IMG/VR virus record: IMGVR_UViG_3300029858_000005
Source: a virus
DNA: 64,000 nucleotides
Strand: one strand, 5' to 3'
The notes below the pieces were generated by a model. That model searched no databases, was not told the origin of the DNA, and saw only the letters and a program-made list of their open reading frames with translations. Position numbers and translations under genes: made by a program. Positions 15,437 to 24,392 of this stretch are shown here, piece by piece. The first letter of the stretch is position 1. Each line of letters starts with the position of its first letter.

Positions 15437-15742
15437 ATGACAAAAGAAGAATTAAAAGCAAAGGTTGCCAAGCAACAAAGTATTATCAATGATGCTAACA
15501 ATCAGATTTGTTCTGATGTGAAGGAGTACATCGAAAGTCTACCATACAAGGTCGGTGACAAAGTGAGCTGTTCAAGATGTAATGTATGTTGGATTGCAAG
15601 CATTATTCCAGAACGAAATTGCGCAAGATATTCTGGCATGATTGAGGTAAGAATCAACCCTGCTAAGAAAGATGGTACTCGCTCCAATAGAGAGTTTGTA
15701 CTATTGAGTATGGAAATTGATAGTATCAAAAAGATTAGTTAA
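15437..15742 (+). CDS. hypothetical protein
   Basis: 101-aa ORF. Confidence 0.5.
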   Translation: MTKEELKAKVAKQQSIINDANNQICSDVKEYIESLPYKVGDKVSCSRCNVCWIASIIPERNCARYSGMIEVRINPAKKDGTRSNREFVLLSMEIDSIKKIS

Positions 15743-15774
15743 TCATCCTGCAAAGGATATAAATAGATAGTAAT

Positions 15775-16068
15775 ATGAAAAAGATTATTTTTGCAGCCTT
15801 AGTCGTTGCAAGTTTGTTCGCTTCTTGCTCTAGCGAGAAGACTTTTAAAAAGAAAGATGGCTCTACGATTACAGCAAAGCCTTATGGCTGGGCTAGTAAG
15901 GAAAACAAAGTAGAAGGTGTTAACTACGAGTTGAATGCTCCAGATGTTGTAGCATCTATCATCTTCGCACCTTCTGTTATCGCTCCTGCTTTACTGACGG
16001 CTTACGATGTATGGGAACCAGTATCATATACTGAGCCATCTAAGTTAACTAACCACCCTCTCCTGTAA
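15775..16068 (+). CDS. putative lipoprotein
   Basis: Signal peptide plus lipobox MKKIIFAALVVASLFASC. An 8-bp hairpin CCCTCTCC/GGAGAGGG spans the stop codon. Confidence 0.65.
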   Translation: MKKIIFAALVVASLFASCSSEKTFKKKDGSTITAKPYGWASKENKVEGVNYELNAPDVVASIIFAPSVIAPALLTAYDVWEPVSYTEPSKLTNHPLL

Positions 16069-16094
16069 AAGGGAGAGGGTAAAAAGAAGAGAAT

Positions 16095-16433
16095 ATGGCC
16101 GAGATTATTTACTTTGGAACAAATGGGTGTTCCGGTCATTATCCTATTGGCATTGATAAAACGCTAAATGGGGACGAATATGGGATATGGTGCGAGTGTG
16201 ATAATGAAGTCTGGATAGAAAACATCCGGAAAAACCCAGGTCGCCACGTTATCAAACATCACGGAGAGGTTTATACAAATTATGGTGTTCCGTTCTCTGT
16301 AGATGAAGACAGAGTTGGTGATCATACCGAACTGTTTTGGAAAGGCATTCATACAGAAGAAGAAATCATCAGCTTGATAAAGAATGATTCATTCTTATCA
16401 AAGCAGTTTAAATTAAACAAGGATAAGCAATGA
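16095..16433 (+). CDS. hypothetical protein
   Basis: 112-aa ORF whose stop overlaps the next start. Confidence 0.55.
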   Translation: MAEIIYFGTNGCSGHYPIGIDKTLNGDEYGIWCECDNEVWIENIRKNPGRHVIKHHGEVYTNYGVPFSVDEDRVGDHTELFWKGIHTEEEIISLIKNDSFLSKQFKLNKDKQ

Positions 16434-16639
16434 GTAAAGTAGAAATGAAAAGAACACAACTATCAGGAAAGTTTGGTCTATATACAACTTGTGATTTTTT
16501 CTGTATGTTTGCACGTGGAAGAAGAAAAATTCCACCAGAAGCTTGCTATGACCCAAGAAGAGACATAGAAATAAGAGCGCATTGCAGAGAAGCGGAAAAC
16601 GCACTCGCTGCTTATTACAATATAAAATTGATAGATTAA
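16430..16639 (+). CDS. hypothetical protein
   Basis: 69-aa ORF, coupled to the upstream gene. Confidence 0.45.
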   Translation: MSKVEMKRTQLSGKFGLYTTCDFFCMFARGRRKIPPEACYDPRRDIEIRAHCREAENALAAYYNIKLID

Positions 16640-16726
16640 TAGTTATGGTTGGATTTTATGTTATACTTACCATAGTTGTTCTATATATAGCTTTTATGGG
16701 TGGAGTTATCGGTTATTCTAGGGTTT

Positions 16727-16903
16727 ATGACACAAACAGATGCTCATTATCTCTTCGATAAGGTCTTCACCAAAGAGTTTGTCAAAGAAATGACTGATAG
16801 AGGATATGATGTGAGAACGATGAAGTTTGAAATCTCTCCCAAGCTGCCGAATTATGAACGATTCAATGGCTTATCAGAGAAGTATTACGGAAAGGAGAAA
16901 TAG
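16727..16903 (+). CDS. hypothetical protein
   Basis: First ATG (MTQTDAHYLF...) of ORF 16700..16903. It ends 3 nt before rtcB. Confidence 0.45.
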   Translation: MTQTDAHYLFDKVFTKEFVKEMTDRGYDVRTMKFEISPKLPNYERFNGLSEKYYGKEK

Positions 16904-16906
16904 TGT

Positions 16907-18148
16907 ATGGAGAAACGAATAATTTTAGACGAACAAGATATGAATGAGTTTACAAAGATTTTCGCAAAGACAATAGAAGATGAAGCTATCAAACAGATAG
17001 AAACCCTATCTAATAGCGAGGCTTACAATAGTTGTAAAATAAGAATAATGCCAGATTGCCATGCAGGTAAAGGATGCACTATTGGCACGGTAATAGAGCT
17101 TGATAACAGAGTAGTTCCTAACACTGTTGGAGTAGATATAGGCTGCGGCATGAAAGTCGTAAGACTTGGTAAAGTTGATATTGACTTGCAGAAATTTGAT
17201 GAAGCAGTCAATAAGTTGATTCCGTCTGGTTTTAATGTCAACGAGGGAGAAGTATCAGCCTACATAAACGGATTGGTTGATGGTTGTATGTTTGGCAAAT
17301 TCCGTGCTTGGGATTGTCTTGACAGCATGGAAATAGTATATCGTTCTGTTGGAAGTCTTGGCGGTGGCAATCACTTTATTGAGTTAGATGCAAATGAAGA
17401 AGGAGAGAAGTTTCTTGTGATACATACAGGAAGTAGAAACCTTGGTGTTAGGGTATGCAACTATTACCAAAAACTTGCCTACGAGTATTGTCGTAAGAAA
17501 ATAGCTGATAAGTCTGAGGTTATTGCCAAGTTGAAAAGCGAAGGAAGAGAAAAGGAAATACAGAGTGTTATCAAGTTGTTAGGTACTAGAACCATTAGCA
17601 AGGAACTTTCTTACTTGGAAGGTGATTTGCTCAATGACTACCTCAATGATATGCGCATAGTTCAAAAATATGCTGAACAAAACAGAATGATTATCGCCAA
17701 CAGACTTGTAAATGCTTTAGGTGTAGATATTGATGCTAATTCAGATAAGTATTCTTTTACAACCATTCACAACTATATAGATACAGACAAGGGTATATTG
17801 CGAAAGGGAGCTATCAGTGCAAAAAAGGATGAGGTAGTCATTATCCCAATGAATATGCGTGATGGTTCTCTTATCTGCAAGGGAAAAGGTAACAAAGATT
17901 GGCTATGCTCTGCCCCTCATGGCGCGGGTAGATTAATGTCTCGTACACAGGCAAAGAAAGAGTTATCTATGGATTTTTACAAGAATGAAATGAATGGTAT
18001 TTATTCCACATCAGTTTGTGAAGAAACCATTGATGAAGCACCTATGGCATACAAGCCAACCGAAGAGATTGTTGAGTTAATCAAACCTACGGTTGATGTC
18101 ATTGATGTCATTAAGCCAATTTACAACTTTAAAGCAAAATCATTATGA
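16907..18148 (+). CDS. rtcB: RtcB-family RNA 3'-phosphate/5'-OH ligase
   Basis: All hallmark motifs are present: MPDCHAGKGCTIGT, VGVDIGCGM, GGGNHFIE, HTGSRNLG, TIHNY and SAPHGAGR. Confidence 0.9.
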   Translation: MEKRIILDEQDMNEFTKIFAKTIEDEAIKQIETLSNSEAYNSCKIRIMPDCHAGKGCTIGTVIELDNRVVPNTVGVDIGCGMKVVRLGKVDIDLQKFDEAVNKLIPSGFNVNEGEVSAYINGLVDGCMFGKFRAWDCLDSMEIVYRSVGSLGGGNHFIELDANEEGEKFLVIHTGSRNLGVRVCNYYQKLAYEYCRKKIADKSEVIAKLKSEGREKEIQSVIKLLGTRTISKELSYLEGDLLNDYLNDMRIVQKYAEQNRMIIANRLVNALGVDIDANSDKYSFTTIHNYIDTDKGILRKGAISAKKDEVVIIPMNMRDGSLICKGKGNKDWLCSAPHGAGRLMSRTQAKKELSMDFYKNEMNGIYSTSVCEETIDEAPMAYKPTEEIVELIKPTVDVIDVIKPIYNFKAKSL

Positions 18149-18387
18149 GCAAGGAAACATTTGACTTCTCGGAGGCTCTGAGAAGAATGAAGGAAGGGAA
18201 GAAAGTGAGAAGAATCGGCTGTGGTATAGTTGACAAACTATGGATAGATAAAGATAAAAATATCAACATTTTCTATAAAGCAACAACACATTCTTCGGAA
18301 GGTTTCATTCATATTTTTCCAAGTTGTTGGAGTTATTTCACTTGCGAAGATATTCTCGCAACAGACTGGGAGGAGGTGGAAGGATGA
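18145..18387 (+). CDS. DUF2829 / Tad2-like protein (candidate anti-Thoeris signal sponge)
   Basis: 80 aa. N-terminal FDFSEALRRMKEGKKVRRIG and C-terminal EDILATDWEEV match the DUF2829 signature (F.EAL..MK.GKKV.R ... D.LA.DWE). Confidence 0.6.
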   Translation: MSKETFDFSEALRRMKEGKKVRRIGCGIVDKLWIDKDKNINIFYKATTHSSEGFIHIFPSCWSYFTCEDILATDWEEVEG

Positions 18388-18521
18388 TGAAGAATGATGA
18401 AGAAAGATGTTGTGGTAACTGTCTTTGGATGGGATGCGAAGACATCTTAGGCAATGGATGGTGCTACAAAAAAGATTGCGAAACATCTTGTGATAAGGTT
18501 TGCAAGAAACATGAATTTTAA
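18384..18521 (+). CDS. 45-aa Cys-rich ORF
   Basis: ATGATG at 18384 overlaps the TGA of the previous gene (MMKNDEERCCGNCLWMGCEDILGNGWCYKKDCETSCDKVCKKHEF). It is the in-frame distal part of ORF 18324..18521. Confidence 0.45.
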   Translation: MMKNDEERCCGNCLWMGCEDILGNGWCYKKDCETSCDKVCKKHEF

Positions 18522-18535
18522 ACTTTAAATATAAA

Positions 18536-19183
18536 ATGGAAAAGATTTTTAGACATTTCAAAGGAGGTTATTACAGATTTATTACTGAGGTAACTAATAG
18601 TGAAACTCAGGAGAAAGAAGTTGTTTATCAGGCTCTCTATGGGGAGCACAAGGTTTGGACTCGCCCTGCTGATATGTTCTACGGAAAGGTGAACGTTGAT
18701 GGCGTAGAGATTGATAGATTCACCGAGGTTATTGGCGTACCTGTCTTATTCAAAAAGACCAACGAGAACGCTATTATGCCAACTAAGGCGCACGATGATG
18801 ATTTCTGCTATGACTGCTATGCCGTATCAGAAGAAGAGGTTGCGCCTAACGTATGGAAATACGGTCTCGGATTTGCGCTACAGATTGAAAACCGCAACAA
18901 ACCTGCCGACATTTCTAGGTGCTTCACGCTCCGCCCTCGCTCTTCTGTATGGAAGACTGGCATGGTTCTCAGTAACTCAGAAGCAACCATTGATGATGGT
19001 TTTGTTGGCGAGATTTCTGCTGTCTTCTATCACGTATTTCCAAAAATGCCGCGATATAAGGTTGGCGACAAAGTGGTTCAATTTCATCTTGAAACAAGTG
19101 ACAACATCATGCTTATCGAGACGGACAAATTAAACAAAACAGAACGTGGCGATAACGGCTACGGCTCTTCTGATAAAAAGTAA
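18536..19183 (+). CDS. dut: DUF1653 - trimeric dUTPase fusion
   Basis: The N-terminus FRHFKGGYYRF..ETQEKEVVYQALYGEHKVWTRPADMF fits DUF1653. The C-terminus carries dUTPase motifs PRSS, IDDGFVGEI, VGDKVVQF and RGDNGYGSS. Confidence 0.75.
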   Translation: MEKIFRHFKGGYYRFITEVTNSETQEKEVVYQALYGEHKVWTRPADMFYGKVNVDGVEIDRFTEVIGVPVLFKKTNENAIMPTKAHDDDFCYDCYAVSEEEVAPNVWKYGLGFALQIENRNKPADISRCFTLRPRSSVWKTGMVLSNSEATIDDGFVGEISAVFYHVFPKMPRYKVGDKVVQFHLETSDNIMLIETDKLNKTERGDNGYGSSDKK

Positions 19184-19186
19184 TAC

Positions 19187-19813
19187 ATGAACATCACAGA
19201 TGAACAGAAAACATATATAAAGGAACACCCTTACGAATCTCCTTACGCAATGGCCAAGAGCTTTGGTTGCGCAGTACAGACTGTTTACTGGTGGCTACAT
19301 AGGCTGCATGGGGATTCGTTCAAGGACGCAAGAAAAGAGCAAAGAGAGAAGATCAGGGAATCTGTCCGTAAGCTATATCCGGATTACTCTTCTTCCGAAA
19401 TTTCCAAAGAGCTTGGGATAACAAAGTCATGTGTAACAAACATAGCAAAGTCACTTGGCGTTACTCATACCCAGGAAACGGAAGAAAGACTTCGGTTGAA
19501 ATGTGCTCAGGCAATAGTAAGACCGGAGATAATAGCTAAACGTTCTGAATCTCTAAAAAAGACGCTGAGGCTTGACAGGTACAGAGCAACGAATGGTATA
19601 AAACAGAAGACACGACGCAAGTTCAAGACCATTCCGAGCAGATGTCTCTCTGCAAGGAACTATCTCTGCAATAAATACAACTACTTCTACGACAAAGATT
19701 ACGGAGAGCTGCTTACCGTGTTCTACGACAGCGAAACCAAAATGTTGAGTGAAGATCAGCAGAAACACTACGAGACGAAGTATGGTATCAAGTTCCTCCA
19801 GGGAGCTGAATAA
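19187..19813 (+). CDS. putative DNA-binding protein with two HTH-like segments
   Basis: AMAKSFGCAVQTVYWWLHRL and SSSEISKELGITKSCVTNIAKSLG. Confidence 0.55.
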   Translation: MNITDEQKTYIKEHPYESPYAMAKSFGCAVQTVYWWLHRLHGDSFKDARKEQREKIRESVRKLYPDYSSSEISKELGITKSCVTNIAKSLGVTHTQETEERLRLKCAQAIVRPEIIAKRSESLKKTLRLDRYRATNGIKQKTRRKFKTIPSRCLSARNYLCNKYNYFYDKDYGELLTVFYDSETKMLSEDQQKHYETKYGIKFLQGAE

Positions 19814-19844
19814 TTAATAATTTCTGTGCATTATCTATATGTTT

Positions 19845-19885
19845 AGGGGTGGCTACACATCGCGTGCGGTCACCCCTTTTTGTTT
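19845..19885 (+). terminator. intrinsic terminator ending the rightward early block
   Basis: AGGGGTG...CACCCCT stem followed by TTTTTGTTT, at the convergent junction with the leftward genes. Confidence 0.7.
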
Positions 19886-19920
19886 ATAAATCAATAACCA
19901 AATAAAAACATTAGAAAAAA

Positions 19921-20517
19921 CTAAGAACGTTTGTGTAGCTTTAATTTCCAGTATATCCAACCTAAAAATGCGAGAATGCCTATAAAAAGGCAAACTGAAG
20001 CTATCTTACCTATATTCAATAAAGCTTTATCGGTCTTTGATAGTTGTTTCTCGACATATACTTTATCTTTCGATATTTTATTTATCACTGAGATTAAGGA
20101 GTCACACTTGCTATGATATATCGCAGCACTATCCTTGTATTCCTTGAGGCACGAAATGCTGTCCCTGAGTATCTGTACGTCCTCCTGCGATATTTCGTGA
20201 TATTCGTAGTGGAATCTGTCTTCTCCAACTTTGTTACCATTGGCATCGTATTTGGAAGCCGTGCTGTCCTTTATATGAGTCTTCTCTTTGGTGGTAGACT
20301 TTACAGACTCTTTATGCGATGCTCTGTATGATTCCAGTTCCTTAATAAGCCTTGCGTTAAAGAGTGAATCCCACTTAGCCTCGTTACGCTTATCGGTGAT
20401 GTATGTCTGTTTCTCTATCACACGTTCTTTCGCCTTACATCTACAGAACATTGATAGAATTAGCATTGCTACTGCAATGGCAATTACAACCTTTGTTATT
20501 TTATCTATCAGTTTCAT
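19921..20517 (-). CDS. membrane-anchored coiled-coil protein (spanin-like/lysis accessory, tentative)
   Basis: N-terminal TM (VVIAIAVAMLILSMF), C-terminal TM (ASVCLFIGILAFLGWIYW), and a position directly after the putative endolysin. Confidence 0.5.
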   Translation of the reverse strand: MKLIDKITKVVIAIAVAMLILSMFCRCKAKERVIEKQTYITDKRNEAKWDSLFNARLIKELESYRASHKESVKSTTKEKTHIKDSTASKYDANGNKVGEDRFHYEYHEISQEDVQILRDSISCLKEYKDSAAIYHSKCDSLISVINKISKDKVYVEKQLSKTDKALLNIGKIASVCLFIGILAFLGWIYWKLKLHKRS

Positions 20518-20520
20518 AAG

Positions 20521-20955
20521 CTACTGAATTACAATCGTTACTTTTTCCTTTTTATCCCAAGCTGTCTTCATAGTCTGAATGAGCTTGTTTGTCCAGAATC
20601 GGGAATCACTAACCCAACCTTTCTTATCATTCTTACCACAAAGAATGCACCCCTCTGTATCTTTTGCAGAGTTACCGGAATGAATACGGATACCATCGAA
20701 CCCTGGCACATCCTTTAATAATGGAAGCATCTTCTTGAATCTGTTAGAGTAGGTATATACGCATTCATAACTGCCGCGTGGTATTGCAGTCTGCCCATAC
20801 ACCTTTTTCTTCTTGATTTCTTCAAGCTGCATATCTTGGCGCAATCCTCTATCAGCATCTTCAAGGGTATTGCAGCCGAATAATTCACCGTTGACGTAAA
20901 GACGGCTGATAGTATAGCCATCCTTTTTCCAAGCTCTGTCTATTGTAATTAACAT
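20521..20955 (-). CDS. putative cell-wall hydrolase, DUF5675-like with YkuD-like H-x-G...G-C-I motif
   Basis: GIRIHSGNSAKDTEGCILCG resembles the L,D-transpeptidase/peptidase catalytic motif HG..(7-9)..S/T-x-G-C-I. It overlaps the upstream multi-TM gene by 7 nt. Confidence 0.45.
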   Translation of the reverse strand: MLITIDRAWKKDGYTISRLYVNGELFGCNTLEDADRGLRQDMQLEEIKKKKVYGQTAIPRGSYECVYTYSNRFKKMLPLLKDVPGFDGIRIHSGNSAKDTEGCILCGKNDKKGWVSDSRFWTNKLIQTMKTAWDKKEKVTIVIQ

Positions 20956-21428
20956 GATTGATTTCCTTTCTGTTGTTTGTATGAGTTAAAAAATGATGAT
21001 AGGAAAGGTATCCTCTCCAAAAAGTACAGTCCAAGGCAATAATGTAGAAAGTTCGCTACCATCCATGGTGGCGTACCTTTCTTGAATATCTCCATCATCT
21101 TTTGGGTGATATTCATGCCATAGAAGTAAATCACAACGTAGGTAATCATTGACACACACTGAATAGCTCCATCCATTTGCCCCTTCCACCTACCAATGGT
21201 ATATACGGCTGCACATAGAACGAAGTATATCGTTGCGTGACCTACGCAAATAAGTGCCTTCTTGAGTTCGAATTTCTCACCTTTAGCTATCATACCACTA
21301 AGGTATCCAAACGCAAAGTTGAGAAAGAAAACCAAAGCCAATGTCTTCAATTCTCCATCAATAGGCTTTAAGTAGGCTACGACCGCTATCACGACCCCTA
21401 CTAATAATTCTCTTAATCTTTCTGCCAT
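20949..21428 (-). CDS. putative holin (4 predicted TM segments)
   Basis: 159 aa and strongly hydrophobic, with 4 TM-like stretches. It lies immediately upstream of the hydrolase gene. Confidence 0.45.
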   Translation of the reverse strand: MAERLRELLVGVVIAVVAYLKPIDGELKTLALVFFLNFAFGYLSGMIAKGEKFELKKALICVGHATIYFVLCAAVYTIGRWKGQMDGAIQCVSMITYVVIYFYGMNITQKMMEIFKKGTPPWMVANFLHYCLGLYFLERIPFLSSFFNSYKQQKGNQSC

Positions 21429-21477
21429 TTTCGTTATCCTGAATAATTAATAAAAATAAAGTTTCGGTCTCTTTCTG

Positions 21478-21485
21478 CAAAGATA
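21478..21485 (-). promoter_or_regulatory. Bacteroidota-type -7 box TATCTTTG (minus strand)
   Basis: Plus-strand CAAAGATA is TATCTTTG on the minus strand, about 50 nt upstream of the start at 21428. I saw no clear -33 TTTG. Confidence 0.4.
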
Positions 21486-21525
21486 GCAAAAAAAACCGAA
21501 ACTTCATTCAGAATAACGAAAAACT

Positions 21526-21954
21526 TTAGATATTCAAGTCGTAATATGGAAGTCTGCCACTTTCCAGGAAGGAAATACATTCATCGAAAATCTTTTGCTC
21601 GTAGTTGTACGTGTTGATCTTCGGGAACCATTTCTTTATCTTTGCGTCGTTACGCTTTACCATTTCTCCCCAGAGAACGCACCAGTCTTCGAGATTGATG
21701 TTGTCATTCTTGACCTCATGCCAATAATCTTTGGCAACGTCTTTGGTGTGAAGCTGACCAATGAGACAAAGATGCATATCTGCCATATCTTCGTTATAAT
21801 GACACGCGCCAATCTCTCCCTTGACCTGCTTCATCATTTCAAGCATTACGCTGTCGTTCATTCCGACTTCGCAACAATCAGCCATGATCGTAACACAGTT
21901 CTTTATAGCCTGCATGTCATTGCTAGCTATAATGTCTTCGAATACCTTTTTCAT
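21526..21954 (-). CDS. hypothetical protein
   Basis: 142-aa ORF in the leftward block. The 225-aa antisense ORF is low-complexity. Confidence 0.6.
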   Translation of the reverse strand: MKKVFEDIIASNDMQAIKNCVTIMADCCEVGMNDSVMLEMMKQVKGEIGACHYNEDMADMHLCLIGQLHTKDVAKDYWHEVKNDNINLEDWCVLWGEMVKRNDAKIKKWFPKINTYNYEQKIFDECISFLESGRLPYYDLNI

Positions 21955-21972
21955 AACCGTATATTTTTGATG

Positions 21973-22479
21973 TTACTTCAGAAAATACTCTCTGATGTTG
22001 TATACACCGTCCTTGTCTTTCAACAAATCGAGTGCAAGGCTGTGGGCATACTTAACCAGATGTTCTGTATCAATGTCCTTAACATCTTCCTTGCCGAGTA
22101 TCTTAGCGATGGTGCATCCATGGTCGCTTACAACCTGATTCATGGCAACGTACAAAGCGTAGTCATTGTAGTAAGGTTTCTCATCTGTTGCAAGTCCGAG
22201 ACTGGTCATTGCATTGAGCCATGTCTGCATATCCCAAGTTGCAGCTGGATTCATTCCGTTCACAATCTCTGAAGCCTCCTTCTTTGTGAGATAGTTCTTC
22301 CACTTAATTGCACAAAGTTTCTCAACGTACTCTTGCGCCAACTCTGGGTGCTTCGACGCCATATCCTTCATCATGCAGCGCATCGTATCTCCGAATGTGC
22401 GCATATACTTTACATTAGTTGATGATGCCATCATTCCGTAAAGCTCATCAAACTTACTCATAATGTCTTTTGTTTCCAT
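21973..22479 (-). CDS. hypothetical protein
   Basis: 168-aa ORF. Confidence 0.6.
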   Translation of the reverse strand: METKDIMSKFDELYGMMASSTNVKYMRTFGDTMRCMMKDMASKHPELAQEYVEKLCAIKWKNYLTKKEASEIVNGMNPAATWDMQTWLNAMTSLGLATDEKPYYNDYALYVAMNQVVSDHGCTIAKILGKEDVKDIDTEHLVKYAHSLALDLLKDKDGVYNIREYFLK

Positions 22480-22491
22480 ATCTTGTATATT

Positions 22492-22923
22492 TTAACCTAT
22501 TATCAAATCTTTCAACTCGGCAAAGTCCTCCTCTGTGAAGTTGATGCTTCTCTTGCTTCCAAAGAGGATAGCGGTGGCAATTCCATCCGGCAGGTCAATA
22601 GACACAACGCCTTTATCGATATGTCCGTGAATAAAACCTACATCGAATTTGTAATCTTCCACGGATTTTAGCATCTGCATCATATCTGCGAAGATGGTAT
22701 CTGCATCAATATTTCCATTCTCATCAGCAAGAAATAGGGTAGCATTGTCTATCGATTTATCCCACTTATCCTTATTCTTGGATATGATATTATGCGCCGC
22801 ACGTTTCATATACACTGATGGTATGGCTAGCATCGGGTTAGCCTTAACCATATCGTCTATTCTTGCGTCTGCCCAAACGTCAACCGATTCAAGCAGTTTC
22901 TCTTTAAGCTCTGTTATATTCAT
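22492..22923 (-). CDS. hypothetical protein
   Basis: 143-aa ORF that overlaps the upstream gene by 4 nt. Confidence 0.6.
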   Translation of the reverse strand: MNITELKEKLLESVDVWADARIDDMVKANPMLAIPSVYMKRAAHNIISKNKDKWDKSIDNATLFLADENGNIDADTIFADMMQMLKSVEDYKFDVGFIHGHIDKGVVSIDLPDGIATAILFGSKRSINFTEEDFAELKDLIIG

Positions 22924-23426
22924 TTCTTAGACCCTCCTTTCTTAGCTTGATTCTGACCATTAATCATTGCGAGATAATCCTTGTATGCCATATCTGGATA
23001 ATTGGTGAGGTAGTCATCAAGCAAGGCTCGCTTCTGTTCCTCCTCCTTAGCCATCTCCTTCTTTAGCTTTGTTACGATGGATAGGTGATGCTTCAAAGCC
23101 TCCTTGCCTTGCTCTGTCTGCTCTATACGAGGTCGGATAATGCGTAGTTCCTCATCTTGCACAAGCTTAGATACGTACTGCAAACTCTCCACGTATTCTT
23201 GGTTTTGTATCAAGAACTGCTTCTGAGTATCTGTAAAACTATCCTCTATCTTATCTATCTCATCGAAGAGTGGAGTAGAAGATACCTGCGTCTGCATATT
23301 GATAGATGCTCGCTTCTGTTGTATTGCTTCGTACATCTTCTGTAGCTCGGCATCCATCATCTGCGGCTGCTGCTGACTTGTACCCATATCCAATAATGGG
23401 CTGTTTCCAAAATTCATCATAATCAA
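22920..23426 (-). CDS. hypothetical protein
   Basis: 168-aa ORF. Confidence 0.6.
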   Translation of the reverse strand: MIMMNFGNSPLLDMGTSQQQPQMMDAELQKMYEAIQQKRASINMQTQVSSTPLFDEIDKIEDSFTDTQKQFLIQNQEYVESLQYVSKLVQDEELRIIRPRIEQTEQGKEALKHHLSIVTKLKKEMAKEEEQKRALLDDYLTNYPDMAYKDYLAMINGQNQAKKGGSKK

Positions 23427-23543
23427 TATCTTTAAGTTGGTGATATATTATAGAGAGGTGAGAGGGCATCCACCAACGAGGGCAAACACCCCTCACCAAC
23501 TCATTTTTTCTTAGTCTTTTTTACGGACTTTCTTACTGCTCTG

Positions 23544-24215
23544 TTACGCTCCTGTAGTGGGAGTAGAAGCTGCCTTGCAGCAACAGTAGCTACCATAACC
23601 TGTAACTGTAGGTGTACTTGGAAGTACCAACTGCCCCTTAATATCATAAGCAGTCTTCAACTCCATAGCCTGGAGCAAAATCTTCTCCTTGTAAGGAGCA
23701 AGTGCTTCCATAACGGCAATCTTAGTCTCCAATGCAGCCATCTTAGCGTTGGTTGCATCATACTGGTCTCTGCCAGCCTTATAAAGACCAAACTCTGCGT
23801 CAATCGCTCTGCGGTTCTCAGCGTTGATAGCATCTACCTGCGACTTGTAAAGACCGAATTTCTCGGCAACATCTGTCTCACGCATAGCATAGAACTTGTT
23901 AGCGGTGTCGAGCTTCAAACCGAACATGTCGGTAAGCAACTTCACCTCATCAGCGCATTCCTTCTCCATTACCTGTAAGGCAGTTGGCTGATTGGAACTT
24001 GAATTAGCTCCGTAGGTGTTGATGTTTACGTTCTCAGGCATATTGCTGCCGCCGAGAGAGCCGAATACACCACGACCATTGCCGTTGAGCAAAGCTAAAG
24101 CCAAGCCACCGATGCCAATTCCGAGGGCTGTTCCTGCCAAACCCTTGCTGGCATACTCCTTCTTACCATCTTCGTAGATTTTCTTCTCTACGACCTTTGC
24201 ATCTGTCATTTCCAT
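23544..24215 (-). CDS. hypothetical membrane-associated protein with internal repeat
   Basis: Gly-rich TM segment GLAGTALGIGIGGLALALL, and a repeated (A)EKFGLYKSQVDA / AEFGLYKAGRDQYDA. Confidence 0.6.
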   Translation of the reverse strand: MEMTDAKVVEKKIYEDGKKEYASKGLAGTALGIGIGGLALALLNGNGRGVFGSLGGSNMPENVNINTYGANSSSNQPTALQVMEKECADEVKLLTDMFGLKLDTANKFYAMRETDVAEKFGLYKSQVDAINAENRRAIDAEFGLYKAGRDQYDATNAKMAALETKIAVMEALAPYKEKILLQAMELKTAYDIKGQLVLPSTPTVTGYGSYCCCKAASTPTTGA

Positions 24216-24271
24216 AATACAATCTTTTGAAATCCTTAATATTAACTAACACTATTGTAACGTTACGGATG

Positions 24272-24279
24272 CAAAGGTA
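24272..24279 (-). promoter_or_regulatory. Bacteroidota-type -7 box TACCTTTG (minus strand)
   Basis: Plus-strand CAAAGGTA lies 57 nt upstream of the start at 24215. Confidence 0.4.
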
Positions 24280-24392
24280 CAAAGAATAGGGGAGAGCAAA
24301 TATAACTCTATCACACTTTCTTTTAGTGGTTGATTATCAGTGATTTAAGGTGATAGAAGGTAATATCATAAATAACAAAAAAAGAGAGGCAG

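Noticed and set aside
21595-22272. 225-aa plus-strand ORF
   Set aside because: It is antisense to two tightly packed minus-strand genes and has low-complexity hydrophobic composition.
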